A DNA stretch of 40,020 nt from Eubacteriales bacterium (GCA_045533755.1 JAZSIJ010000005.1:1-40020); one strand, 5' to 3'. Counted from the first letter of the stretch, positions 26,305-35,976 are shown. Notes: a model not told the origin generated them from the letters alone. Program-made: numbers and translations.

Positions 26305-28674
26305 ATGTTTTTATCTATGAATTGGATAGGAGACTTCGTTGACCTCTCGGGACTTGATAAGAAGGCTCTGATAAAGAATTTCACGCTCTCTACCGCAGAG
26401 GTAGAGGACATAATAGAGAAGGGAGCCGACATCTCGGGCATCGTCGTGGCGAAGATTCTCTCGGTTGAGAATCACCCCGAGTCGAAGAAGCTCCATCTTC
26501 TCAAGGTTGATAAGGGCGATGAGGTTGTGGACATCGTCTGCGGCGCGCCCAACGTCAGAGAGGGAATGAAGGTTGCCCTTGCCACCGTTGGCGGAAGAGT
26601 GGGCGAGATAACCATCGCTCCCCGCACTCTTGCGGGATATACCTCCTACGGTATGTGTTGCTCGGAGGCCGAGCTCGGCATTTCCGACGACCACTCGGGA
26701 CTTATCGAGATATTCGAGGACGTTCCGCTCGGCACCGACATCAAGGACGTTTACGACATCGACGATATAATCTTCGAGGTTGATAATAAGTCGCTTACCA
26801 ACCGCCCTGACCTCTGGAGTCATTACGGTATGGCAAGAGAGTTTGCTACCATTGCTAAGAGACCGCTCAGAACCCCCGAGCTTCTTGATACGAAGCAGTT
26901 TGAGGGACTTCCCGCGGTTATGGTTGACGTAAAGGCAACAGACCTCGTTTATCGCTACTCGGCAATCAAGGTGAAGAACGTCACCCGCAAGGTGAGCCCT
27001 GTTAATATGCGTATCCGCCTTTATTACTGCGGCTCTCGCGCAATAAACTTCCTTGCCGACCTTACCAACTACGTTATGATGGAGCTCGGCCAGCCGATGC
27101 ACGCCTTCGATAACGCAAAGGTTGATAAAATCGAGGTTCAGACCTTCAAAAACGGTCTGAAATTCACCACGCTTGACGGTGTTCTGCGCAATATCGACGA
27201 GAATATGCTTATGATAACCTCGGGTGACGAGCCCGTCGCTATCGCAGGCGTAATGGGCGGCGATGCCTCAAAAATAGAGGACGACACCACGACGCTTCTT
27301 CTTGAGTCGGCAACCTTTGACGGCGTTTCGGTCAGAAAGACTACCACACGTCTTGGTCTTCGTACCGACGCCTCTATGAGATACGAGAAGATGCTCGACC
27401 CCGAGCTTTGCAGGCTTGCAACCGAAAGACTTCTTAAGATACTTACCGAGCTTGATTCGGGTGCTGAGGTAATTTCGGCATTTACCGACGCATACGTCAG
27501 ACACTACCCCCAAATCACTCTCGACTTCGATAAAAGGTACGTTGACAGATACACGGGTATAGACATCTCGACCGAAACCATAGTCGAAACGCTCACCGCG
27601 CTCGGCTTTGGCGTTAAGCTTGACGGCGAGAACTTCACGGTGAAAGTACCCTCCTGGCGCTCAACGAAGGACGTAACCATAAAGGCGGATATTATCGAGG
27701 AAATAACCCGTATTTACGGCTACGATAACTTCGAGATATTCACGGCAGAGAGCCCCATTCTTCCGGTGCGTAAGGAGATACTCAAATCCGACGAGGACAG
27801 AATGAAGGATATACTTGTCAAGAGCTATAGGCTTCACGAGGTTCATTCCTACATCTGGTCGGATTCGAGGAAGAATGCCGAGCTTGGCATCGAAACACCC
27901 GAAAACGTCAAGGTTATAAATGCTCAGACTCCCGACCACGCGCATCTTCGCGTGTCTATGATACCCACGCTTCTTGCCTTTGCAAAGGAGAACCGCGGTT
28001 ATTCGGATAGCTACGGCATCTTTGAGATAGGCCACACTGTTGAGGGGCTTCGAGCCGACGGCAGCTGCGACGAGAAGAATAAGCTTGGAGTAGTTCTGTA
28101 CTCTAAGGTCAAGAGCGAGGAAACCCTCTTCGGCTATGCTGCCTCTATTGCAAGAGAGCTCGTTTCTGATATTCTCCACAAGGACGCAGAGTTCAAGAGC
28201 GCTGATGCGCCCTATGATTTCGCTCACCCCGTAAACAGCTTCGACATCAACGTTAACGGTGTCAAGGTAGGCTATATTGCCGTTCCTCACCCCACCGTGC
28301 TTGAGAATATCGACAAGAAGTGCTCGCTAGCCTTCTTCGAGATAGCAACGGCAGATTTTGCCGAGATAAAGGCGGACACGACCAAGTATAAAGAGCCCTC
28401 GAGATTCCCTGCGATTGAGATAGATATGACCTTCAACGCGGATATTTCGGGCGTTGACTTCAAGGCACTCACCGAGAGAGCAAAGATCGTTGCGGGAGAG
28501 TCTCTTGCCGACGTGAAGGTTCAGGATATATACACGGCTGACGGCAACTCGGCGCTCACTCTTCGATTCGCTTTCGTATCCGAGGAGCGTACCCTTTCAA
28601 AGCAGGAATTAACCCCCGCTATCGACTCTATAGCCGAAGAGCTTTCGAAAATGGGACTCACGCTTAAAATTTAA
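26305..28674 (+). CDS. pheT: Phenylalanine--tRNA ligase beta subunit
   Basis: 789 aa with tRNA-binding domain, B3/4, B5 and FDX-ACB layout. RBS AGGAGG at 26291..26296. Confidence 0.95.
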   Translation: MFLSMNWIGDFVDLSGLDKKALIKNFTLSTAEVEDIIEKGADISGIVVAKILSVENHPESKKLHLLKVDKGDEVVDIVCGAPNVREGMKVALATVGGRVGEITIAPRTLAGYTSYGMCCSEAELGISDDHSGLIEIFEDVPLGTDIKDVYDIDDIIFEVDNKSLTNRPDLWSHYGMAREFATIAKRPLRTPELLDTKQFEGLPAVMVDVKATDLVYRYSAIKVKNVTRKVSPVNMRIRLYYCGSRAINFLADLTNYVMMELGQPMHAFDNAKVDKIEVQTFKNGLKFTTLDGVLRNIDENMLMITSGDEPVAIAGVMGGDASKIEDDTTTLLLESATFDGVSVRKTTTRLGLRTDASMRYEKMLDPELCRLATERLLKILTELDSGAEVISAFTDAYVRHYPQITLDFDKRYVDRYTGIDISTETIVETLTALGFGVKLDGENFTVKVPSWRSTKDVTIKADIIEEITRIYGYDNFEIFTAESPILPVRKEILKSDEDRMKDILVKSYRLHEVHSYIWSDSRKNAELGIETPENVKVINAQTPDHAHLRVSMIPTLLAFAKENRGYSDSYGIFEIGHTVEGLRADGSCDEKNKLGVVLYSKVKSEETLFGYAASIARELVSDILHKDAEFKSADAPYDFAHPVNSFDINVNGVKVGYIAVPHPTVLENIDKKCSLAFFEIATADFAEIKADTTKYKEPSRFPAIEIDMTFNADISGVDFKALTERAKIVAGESLADVKVQDIYTADGNSALTLRFAFVSEERTLSKQELTPAIDSIAEELSKMGLTLKI

Positions 28675-28690
28675 TTTGCTTCGATTGATG

Positions 28691-28726
28691 AGAGGGACGC
28701 CCTGCGGCGTCCCTCTTGACTTTTTT
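28691..28726 (+). terminator. Terminator after pheT
   Basis: 11-bp stem agagggacgcc (28691..28701) / ggcgtccctct (28706..28716), loop ctgc, then ttgactttttt. Confidence 0.8.
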
Positions 28727-28744
28727 CTTTATTAGTGATACAAT
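28716..28744 (+). promoter_or_regulatory. Candidate promoter of the plus-strand GT operon
   Basis: TTGACT (28716..28721), 17-nt spacer ending in TGa, TACAAT (28739..28744). The -35 box abuts the pheT terminator stem. Confidence 0.6.
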
Positions 28745-28804
28745 AGACGTAGTCTTTATATAATCTAACGTAAAGCAACTCCTAAAAAACAGACGGAGCG
28801 TAAT

Positions 28805-29950
28805 ATGGATATAAATGAAATTTCACAAAAGGACACCGCCGCCGAGCCTGATTCGACAGTAAAGGTGTCGGTAGTAATGCCCATATATAACGCAATAGAT
28901 TATCTTTCCGAGGCGATAGACGGCGTTTTATGCCAGACGCTTCGGGATATTGAGCTTATTTGCGTTGACGACGGCTCAACCGACGGCTCGTTTGAGGTCA
29001 TCAAGGAGAAGCAGGCACAGGATAAGCGCATCAGGATAGTAACAGAGAACAACGCAGGCCCCTCCGCTGCAAGAAATAAGGGTCTTGCCAGAGCTCGCGG
29101 TGAGTACGTCATTTTCCTTGACGCTGACGACTTCTTTGATAAGACGCTTCTTGAAAGGCTCTATAATTTGGCAGTCAAGAAAAAGCTGGATATAGCCGTA
29201 GCAAAATACGACCTTTATAACAACGCGACAGAGAAGTTTACTCCTCCGATAGAGTCCGAGCACGGAGAGCTTCTCGACGGCGGACGGATAATATCCAAAA
29301 GCAACCACCCCGACAGGATATTCCAATCTATGACGGGGTACGTATGGAATAAGCTCTTTAAGCGCTCCTTCCTTACCGAGAAGAGCATTCAGTTCCACCC
29401 CGAGCTTTACGTTTTCGAGGACGTTTATTTCGTTTGTGCCGCCCTGTCGCTTGCAGAGCGCGTGGGCAAGGAAAACCGCCTGCTCGTGCATCACAGAATA
29501 TATTCCGAGCAGTCGAGAGCAAAGCTCTTCCGCAAATATTACGCGCAGGTTCCCATGGTTTACGAAAAGCTGCTTGAGTTCCTTATGAGCGACGGAATGT
29601 ATCTTCCTCTGAAGCGCTCATACCTGAATCTTTCTGCCAGCAGGTGCTATAAGATATATAATCTTCTTTGGCAGGAAGCAAAGGGCGAATTCTACAATAT
29701 GTATCACGAGAAATACGCCGAAGCATTTGGCTGGGCGAAGGCATCGCCGGAGGAGCTTGAATCCGCGGAGGTTCGTGATTTCGTCGCAAACCTGCTTCTT
29801 TATAATCACGAGCAGTATCTTGACCGCGTCGACAAGGGACTTGCGATAAACCCCGACCGTATTCCGATTATGGTGAGGAAAAAGCGCAAGCGTGACAGAT
29901 TTAAGGATTTCCTTGCTCGCATTTTCGGAAAGAGAAGAAAGGACGGATAA
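28805..29950 (+). CDS. Family 2 glycosyltransferase
   Basis: 381 aa with VSVVMPIYNAIDYL...ELICVDDGSTDGS...FLDADD. Strongly basic C-terminal tail (VRKKRKRDRFKDFLARIFGKRRKDG). Confidence 0.85.
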   Translation: MDINEISQKDTAAEPDSTVKVSVVMPIYNAIDYLSEAIDGVLCQTLRDIELICVDDGSTDGSFEVIKEKQAQDKRIRIVTENNAGPSAARNKGLARARGEYVIFLDADDFFDKTLLERLYNLAVKKKLDIAVAKYDLYNNATEKFTPPIESEHGELLDGGRIISKSNHPDRIFQSMTGYVWNKLFKRSFLTEKSIQFHPELYVFEDVYFVCAALSLAERVGKENRLLVHHRIYSEQSRAKLFRKYYAQVPMVYEKLLEFLMSDGMYLPLKRSYLNLSASRCYKIYNLLWQEAKGEFYNMYHEKYAEAFGWAKASPEELESAEVRDFVANLLLYNHEQYLDRVDKGLAINPDRIPIMVRKKRKRDRFKDFLARIFGKRRKDG

Positions 29951-29958
29951 GAGGTGCT

Positions 29959-31188
29959 ATGAAGCTGTCTGTTCTCATCTGCGTCTATAATACGGCTAAG
30001 GAATACCTCGCGGAATGTCTTGACAGTATAACGAGGTCAACTCTTCGTGATTACGAGATATGTATGGTTGACGACGGCTCGACCGTTGATTATTCGGAGC
30101 TTGTATCTTCGTACGGCTTAAAATACGTAAAAACCGAGAACCGCGGTATCCTTTCGGCAAGACTTCGCGCTATAGAAGAGGCGGAAGGAAAGTATATCGT
30201 CTTCGTTGACAGCGACGACACGGTGACCGTAAACTACCACCGTCCGATGCTCGAAGCGCTGGAGGAGGGCGGGCACGACATAGTTTACAACGATTGGGCG
30301 TTCCGCACCGAGAGAAGCAGATATTTTTGTAAGTACGACAGCACGCTCTCGGGAGATATTTCTGCTGAGGGGGACGCTACGCTTGCGCGCTTTCTTGCTT
30401 TTGAGGGAAGACAACATTCTTATAGCGTGCTTTGGAACAAAATGTATCGCCGCGAGATATTGCTCGGTGTAGTCAAGGACGTGCAGGAGGCAATTGGCGG
30501 TATCAAACGGTTTAATTATTCCGAGGACGTTATGATGAATTTTTTTGCTCACAAGAGGGCAAAAAGTATCAAAAATATTCACACGGGGTACTACTTCTAC
30601 CGATTACACTCGGATCAGAGCGTGGGTGTCACCTCGAGACAAAAGCTCCTCGGGCATATAGAGCAGATGGCGTTAACTCTTGACGTTATGAGAAGAGGCG
30701 TGTTAGACTGTTCGGATAGGGAGATACTTCTCGGTCACGTTCAAAGGTGGAGCGAGATGATGTCGCGCACTCATTACTCCTACGCTCGCTCGGGAGACTA
30801 TACCGACCTTTATCCGATAATTAAGGAAAAATACAGAACCGATTCTCTGAGGATAGCGCGCTTCAGTGACGGAAGCGTTTATTCCGCAGGCGTAATAATA
30901 GCCGATAATATAGAGGAAATAGATGCGGCACTTCTCAAGGCGTGGCTCTCCGAGATACCCGTGACGGTTGAGAGTGCAGGGCTTTCGCAATATGCGAGAC
31001 GGGTGCTCTCATATATGTCGGAGCACGGACGCGACGTAACCGTCCTTCGGGGAGGAGTCGTACGTATCCCAAAGGAGCGACGAAATATTTTTAATATTAT
31101 CATCCGTTCCGCGCCCGTCTCCGCAATTCCAATGCTCCTATTTCCGAAGGGCTCGAAGATTCGCGCAATGCTGAAAAGAAGACTTTGA
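29959..31188 (+). CDS. Family 2 glycosyltransferase with an uncharacterised ~190-aa C-terminal extension
   Basis: 409 aa with LSVLICVYNTAKEYL...ICMVDDGST...FVDSDD. The C-terminal half has no motif I recognise. Confidence 0.85.
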   Translation: MKLSVLICVYNTAKEYLAECLDSITRSTLRDYEICMVDDGSTVDYSELVSSYGLKYVKTENRGILSARLRAIEEAEGKYIVFVDSDDTVTVNYHRPMLEALEEGGHDIVYNDWAFRTERSRYFCKYDSTLSGDISAEGDATLARFLAFEGRQHSYSVLWNKMYRREILLGVVKDVQEAIGGIKRFNYSEDVMMNFFAHKRAKSIKNIHTGYYFYRLHSDQSVGVTSRQKLLGHIEQMALTLDVMRRGVLDCSDREILLGHVQRWSEMMSRTHYSYARSGDYTDLYPIIKEKYRTDSLRIARFSDGSVYSAGVIIADNIEEIDAALLKAWLSEIPVTVESAGLSQYARRVLSYMSEHGRDVTVLRGGVVRIPKERRNIFNIIIRSAPVSAIPMLLFPKGSKIRAMLKRRL

Positions 31189-31258
31189 TATCCGTAACGT
31201 TTCACGTTTAAGAAGTCATATAAAAACGTGATTTTTATCACGAGCATAGAAATATCAA

Positions 31259-31294
31259 AGACCGCCGTCTCATTGAGAACCGCGGTCTTTTTTT
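31259..31294. terminator. Terminator at the convergence point of the two glycan operons
   Basis: agaccgc (31259..31265) pairs with gcggtct (31282..31288), followed by tttttt on the plus strand. The U-run for the minus strand is weaker. Confidence 0.65.
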
Positions 31295-31320
31295 ATGAAA
31301 ATCGGTTGGGTGATTTTTAA

Positions 31321-32100
31321 TCAAAGGTCTGTCGGAAGCATCTTATCCTTCAGGTATTTTTCGTACGCGTCACATATTCCCATCACGTCATCGCCAAAGG
31401 CGACCTGATTGCCGTGATCGAGCCAAAGCACCTTGTTGCACATCGAGCGCACCTGCGGAATAGAGTGTGAAACAAGTATAGTAGTTGCGCCTCCGCTTAT
31501 GATGGAGCGCATTTTCTTTTCACTCTTCTCTCGGAAGGAGCCGTCTCCAACAGATAGCACCTCGTCGAGTATAAGTATGTCGGGGTTTACGAGGGAGGCT
31601 ATTGAGAAGGCAAGTCGCGATTTCATTCCGCTAGAGAGCTGCTTGAAGGGTCTGTCCTCAAATTCCGTAAGCTCCGCAAACTCAATAATATCGCGGTAGG
31701 TGTCGTCCATAAATTTTCTAGTGTATCCGAGCATAGCGCCGCGAAGATAGGTGTTCTCCTTGACGGTAAGGTCGCCGTCAAAGCCTGAGCCGAGCTCAAG
31801 AAGCGCTGCAATCTTTCCGTGGCAGAGAATACGTCCCTTGGTGGGAACCATTATTCCCGACACGGCCTTTAGCAGAGTTGATTTGCCCGCGCCGTTTGTT
31901 CCGATTATACCAAGCATATCCCCTCGGTTTATTGAGAAGGTTATATGATTGTCAGCCCAGAACTCCTTTACCTTGTAATTGCCCGTGATCTTGCGTATCA
32001 GAAATTCCTTTATACCTATTTCCTTGAAATCGCCCGTAACGTAGCGTATTCCGACGTCGTAACAGGCAAGAATAGGGTCTTTTTTGTTTTCGTTTTCCAT
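31321..32100 (-). CDS. Polysaccharide/teichoic-acid-type ABC exporter ATP-binding protein (Wzt/TagH class, short form)
   Basis: 259 aa. Walker A GTNGAGKST, signature LSSGMKSRL, Walker B ILILDE. There is no C-terminal carbohydrate-binding extension. Confidence 0.9.
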   Translation of the reverse strand: MENENKKDPILACYDVGIRYVTGDFKEIGIKEFLIRKITGNYKVKEFWADNHITFSINRGDMLGIIGTNGAGKSTLLKAVSGIMVPTKGRILCHGKIAALLELGSGFDGDLTVKENTYLRGAMLGYTRKFMDDTYRDIIEFAELTEFEDRPFKQLSSGMKSRLAFSIASLVNPDILILDEVLSVGDGSFREKSEKKMRSIISGGATTILVSHSIPQVRSMCNKVLWLDHGNQVAFGDDVMGICDAYEKYLKDKMLPTDL

Positions 32101-32114
32101 ATCAGTGCCTCTCG

Positions 32115-32882
32115 TTATACGTAATATAGGAATTTGTGATTGTATTTCTTATATATGAGCGCGCCAACGGCAAAGAATATGAGTGCGTAGCCTATAGCCA
32201 GAACGTTCAACTCGAGCGAAGGAAGCGCGCCTTCGAGAACCAAAACTCTGAAGTACCTGATGTAGACGAACACCGGATTCAGGTAGAAGAGCTTGGCGTA
32301 CTCGCCGAAGGAGGATATGTCGTAGAATATTGCCGACATATACATTATCAAGAGGGTGAAAATACTCCAAAGATACTGCATATCTCTGAAGAAAACGTAG
32401 AGAGCTGAGAGGATCAGCCCCACGCCTACGTTGAAACAGACCAGGCAGATTATCGGAATTATCAGGAGCAGCACCGTAGGACCGAGAGTCACTCCGTCGA
32501 TAAGACAGAAGACGAAAAATACTATGAGCGTCAGTCCGAAGTTTATGAAGGACGAGATGCTTCTCGACAGTAGGAACAGATACTTCGGCACGTTTATCTT
32601 GGTGAATATGGAGGAGTTTGCAAGCAAAGAGCCCATTCCGCCGTTTGTCGATTCCGAGAAGAAGGAGTATACGATGTTTCCAGCGAAAAGATATATTGTA
32701 AAATGAGGCATATTGCGGTTGCCGAAGAGGTTGCCGAAAACGAGGCTCATTACAAGAAGGGTAAGAAGAGGAGACAGAATGCTCCAAAGCATACCCAGGT
32801 AGGAGTTTTTGTATTTTTTCTTGAAATCCCGTTTTACCAGCTCGGAAAAAAGAAAACCGTGCTCTTTTATTTTCCGTATCAT
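32115..32882 (-). CDS. ABC-2 type exporter permease (Wzm/TagG class)
   Basis: 255 aa with six predicted TM helices. It lies 14 nt upstream of the ATPase gene. Confidence 0.85.
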   Translation of the reverse strand: MIRKIKEHGFLFSELVKRDFKKKYKNSYLGMLWSILSPLLTLLVMSLVFGNLFGNRNMPHFTIYLFAGNIVYSFFSESTNGGMGSLLANSSIFTKINVPKYLFLLSRSISSFINFGLTLIVFFVFCLIDGVTLGPTVLLLIIPIICLVCFNVGVGLILSALYVFFRDMQYLWSIFTLLIMYMSAIFYDISSFGEYAKLFYLNPVFVYIRYFRVLVLEGALPSLELNVLAIGYALIFFAVGALIYKKYNHKFLYYV

Positions 32883-32895
32883 AAGAAATCCTTCC

Positions 32896-35800
32896 TTATT
32901 TATGCTTTTTGTAGGGGTCTCTTTTCAGGTGTAGGTGGACGAGCACGCGCTCCCACGTGTAGCCGAAACCGTGCTCCTCAAGGCACTTGAATCCGCCTAT
33001 TATCTTGCGCGGCAGCCATGTTATGAATCTGCCGAGTCGGTAGGAGAAGGAGCGCTTGATAGCATCATCTGCAGATGCGGGGCGGGATTCGCTGGTTGAA
33101 GAGACGGGTGTGCTCTTGTTCACATTATTGCCGCCCGTGCTTTGTGCCGAAGCTGTGGCAAGGTTGGCGTAGAGTATTTCTTCGTAGAAGACAGACGTTC
33201 TTGCGTATTTCCAGAAGAATCTCGACAGGGGGAGAGAGGGAATCTTCCACGGCTTCTGCCACGAGGCAAAGTGAAGTATTTTGAAGCTATCCCTGTACGC
33301 CGAGGATATGCTCTCGTTTGCTCTGACGAGCTCGTCGGCGCCATAGATTAAATGCCAATAGAAGTTCCATGAGAGGTCGAGATAGACGACTCTTCCAAGA
33401 CATATGACGTTGAGCACGTCCTGGTCGCAGTACATCAACTTCTGGTGCGGAGTTGATGCGAGATAATCGAAGCATTGTTCGGCTATTTTTTCGTTTTTCC
33501 ATATAGGAATATTAAGAACGAGAACACCCGCATTGAAGTATCCGTCGGAGCTTATTTCCAAATCCTTCGCTATTCGCTTTGCAGTCCTTGCCGTTCCGTA
33601 GTTTTTTGCGGCAGCTACTGCGTTCGTACCCATATTCTCGGGAATTATGCCGTCTACCGTGCTGTCTACTATAAGGTCGCAGTCAAGATATATCACCTTA
33701 TCAAAAAAGGGGAATATTTCGGGAATCAGGAAACGGAAGTAGGTCTCCTCTGTGAAATGCGATTTGCTGTGAAGGACGACGCCCTTGCTCTTTACGAGCG
33801 GATATACGTCGAGACATTTTACCGAGACGCCTCTGCCGCAGTAGCTTTCGAGCAGCTCAATGTGATGCTCGGATATGTTACTGTGTAGGACGTATATACG
33901 GTAGTAGCTGTCGGGCGCCGAATTTCTCAGAATGGATTCTATGGCGACCCCCGCGTAGGACGCGTAAGCGTCGTTAGTCGCAAAGACGACCGGGATTACC
34001 CTCTCGAAGCCTTCGGGAATATCAGCGTCGCTCGGGTCTGCAAGACGGGCGAGTGCGGGAATAGCCTCGGGACATTCTTGCTTCAGAGTGGATATGAGGT
34101 GGGGGTAGGCGGCGCTTTTACTCCAGTGCTTTGCGAGTATCAGCGCGCCCTCAAGACGTTCCTCGTCGGGCAGACGTCTGAATACCGAAACGCATTCGCC
34201 GAGAAGTCCGCGCGCGGTTTTGAGAAGCACGTCCTCATATTTTTCCTTGACACCCTGAAGCTCGAGAAATTTGTCGCAGAGCTCGGCTATCCTGACCTGC
34301 GTGCAGTGTCTTGTAAGCTCCTCCGTCGTGGTACGGCTTTTTCCCATACCTCCGCGTCCGAGATGATATTCGTAGAGCTCGTCCTCGATACCGAAGAAGG
34401 AGTCGGCAAAATAGGAAACGACAAAGAAGAAGTACATATCCTCACCTATGGTGAGACGCTCGGAGGGAAGGTGGTCGAGAGCTCTCTTTATAAGCTCCCT
34501 CCTGTATATCTTATTGGTTATATTGAAGCTGTATTTCGAAAGCTTAAAGGCGTATTCAAAGACATCCCTGCCCGAGAGCTTTTTGCAGTAGGGACGCATA
34601 AAATTCGTGAGCCACGCTACCGAGGAATCCGCCACGTCGCCGCAGGGAAGTATCTTCATTCCAAACTGAAGCATATCGGTGTCAGCGTCCTTTATTGCGG
34701 AATAAGCTCGAGCGAGCGCTCCCTCGGTGTATGAGTCATCACTGTCGAGAAACATAACGTACTCGCCGTGCGCCCTGCGCGCGCCTCTTGCTCTAGCCAC
34801 CATCGTTCCGCTGTTTTCTTCGAGGGAAATCAGGTTAACGCTTAGATAGCGCTCCGCGTATTCCTGCACTATCTTTGCCGTGCAATCCGACGAGCCGTCG
34901 TCGACCACTATTATTTCAAGAGCGTTGAAGCCTTCTCTGAGCAGAGAGTCGAGGCAGGAGGCTATGCTCGCCTCGGAGTTGTAGGCGGGAATGACCACCG
35001 AGAGCTTTGGCAGAATTTGCGCGACCTTCATGCACTCCTTGTAATTACTGCTGTTAAAGAAATAGTCCTCGGGCAGCTTGTATATTCCGAGCTCGGAGAA
35101 CACTCTTGAATTCATCACGGAAGCAATATGTCTGTACGCTTCCTCGTCGTCGAAGGTTCTGAGATTGTAGGCACAGTTATTGACGACCATGTTGAGAAAG
35201 GCACGCTCAACCAAGTCGTACGCGCCTCTTTCCGTGAGCGTGTTGCGTATGGCGATTATAGCGCGCAGGAAGGTCTCGGGATCCTTTTTCTTGGTTGCCT
35301 GAAGGCTGTTTGCATTACCCGTTCTGTAATGAACGAGCTCCTTCGGAACGCAGGATATCCTCTCTGCCAGAGCCAAAGAGGAGTAGGTGAAGAAAATGTC
35401 GTTCGAGCAGGTGAAGGGCTGATATTTCAGACCCGTCTTCTTCACAAAATCGGCACGGAAGAGTTTGTTCCACGGAGCAGGTGATACCACATCGAAAAGC
35501 TTGTCGGGCATATCGCTTGCAGAGAAGACCTCCTTGTCCTTGATGAGCTTCTTGTTGAGAAGCCACGGAGCCTGCCAGGAGTCGCCCGTCTTGTCGTCAA
35601 AGTATTTGCCGCCCCATAGCACCATGTCGGCGTGTGTCGCCTCTGCTCTTTCATACGCCTCCTCGAGCATCGTGGGCTCGAAGCGGTCGTCTGAGTCAAG
35701 GAAGCATAAATATTTTCCGAGAGCTATCTCCATTCCTTTATTTCTCGCCACGCCTGCGTACATATTTTTCTGCGTCAGGACGGTAAAGCCGGGGTGCTTA

Positions 35801-35976
35801 TCGGCGTATTCGCGAAGGATTTCGGGCGACGAGTCGGTAGAGCCGTCGTCAATGCAGATGATCTCTATTTCCTTAAGCGTCTGCCCTACGACGCTGTCAA
35901 GACATTCTCTGAGATAGGTCTCGACATTGTATACCGGGATTATTACCGAAACCTTGATATCGCTGGCGTTAGTCAT
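32896..35976 (-). CDS. Tri-domain glycosyltransferase (GT2 + GT2 + GT8)
   Basis: 1026 aa.
- Domain 1: aa 8-97, VIIPVYN, DDGSTD, LDSDD.
- Domain 2: aa 326-414, VVIPAYN, VDDGSSD, LDSDD.
- Domain 3: aa 660-910, PVVFATNDAY, DCD, NAGVLVLN, DQDVLN, HF..WQKPW.
- These are followed by a Ser/Thr-rich linker and a basic tail. Confidence 0.85.
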   Translation of the reverse strand: MTNASDIKVSVIIPVYNVETYLRECLDSVVGQTLKEIEIICIDDGSTDSSPEILREYADKHPGFTVLTQKNMYAGVARNKGMEIALGKYLCFLDSDDRFEPTMLEEAYERAEATHADMVLWGGKYFDDKTGDSWQAPWLLNKKLIKDKEVFSASDMPDKLFDVVSPAPWNKLFRADFVKKTGLKYQPFTCSNDIFFTYSSLALAERISCVPKELVHYRTGNANSLQATKKKDPETFLRAIIAIRNTLTERGAYDLVERAFLNMVVNNCAYNLRTFDDEEAYRHIASVMNSRVFSELGIYKLPEDYFFNSSNYKECMKVAQILPKLSVVIPAYNSEASIASCLDSLLREGFNALEIIVVDDGSSDCTAKIVQEYAERYLSVNLISLEENSGTMVARARGARRAHGEYVMFLDSDDSYTEGALARAYSAIKDADTDMLQFGMKILPCGDVADSSVAWLTNFMRPYCKKLSGRDVFEYAFKLSKYSFNITNKIYRRELIKRALDHLPSERLTIGEDMYFFFVVSYFADSFFGIEDELYEYHLGRGGMGKSRTTTEELTRHCTQVRIAELCDKFLELQGVKEKYEDVLLKTARGLLGECVSVFRRLPDEERLEGALILAKHWSKSAAYPHLISTLKQECPEAIPALARLADPSDADIPEGFERVIPVVFATNDAYASYAGVAIESILRNSAPDSYYRIYVLHSNISEHHIELLESYCGRGVSVKCLDVYPLVKSKGVVLHSKSHFTEETYFRFLIPEIFPFFDKVIYLDCDLIVDSTVDGIIPENMGTNAVAAAKNYGTARTAKRIAKDLEISSDGYFNAGVLVLNIPIWKNEKIAEQCFDYLASTPHQKLMYCDQDVLNVICLGRVVYLDLSWNFYWHLIYGADELVRANESISSAYRDSFKILHFASWQKPWKIPSLPLSRFFWKYARTSVFYEEILYANLATASAQSTGGNNVNKSTPVSSTSESRPASADDAIKRSFSYRLGRFITWLPRKIIGGFKCLEEHGFGYTWERVLVHLHLKRDPYKKHK

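Noticed and set aside
25194-28472. Minus-strand ORFs 25194..25874, 26311..27102, 27661..28290 and smaller ones
   Set aside because: They are antisense to pheS/pheT and have no motifs or translation signals.
32149-32787. 212-aa alternative-frame ORF on the minus strand inside the ABC permease gene
   Set aside because: It is on the same strand as the permease but out of frame. The product is Arg/Ser-rich, whereas the annotated frame gives a coherent six-TM ABC-2 permease.
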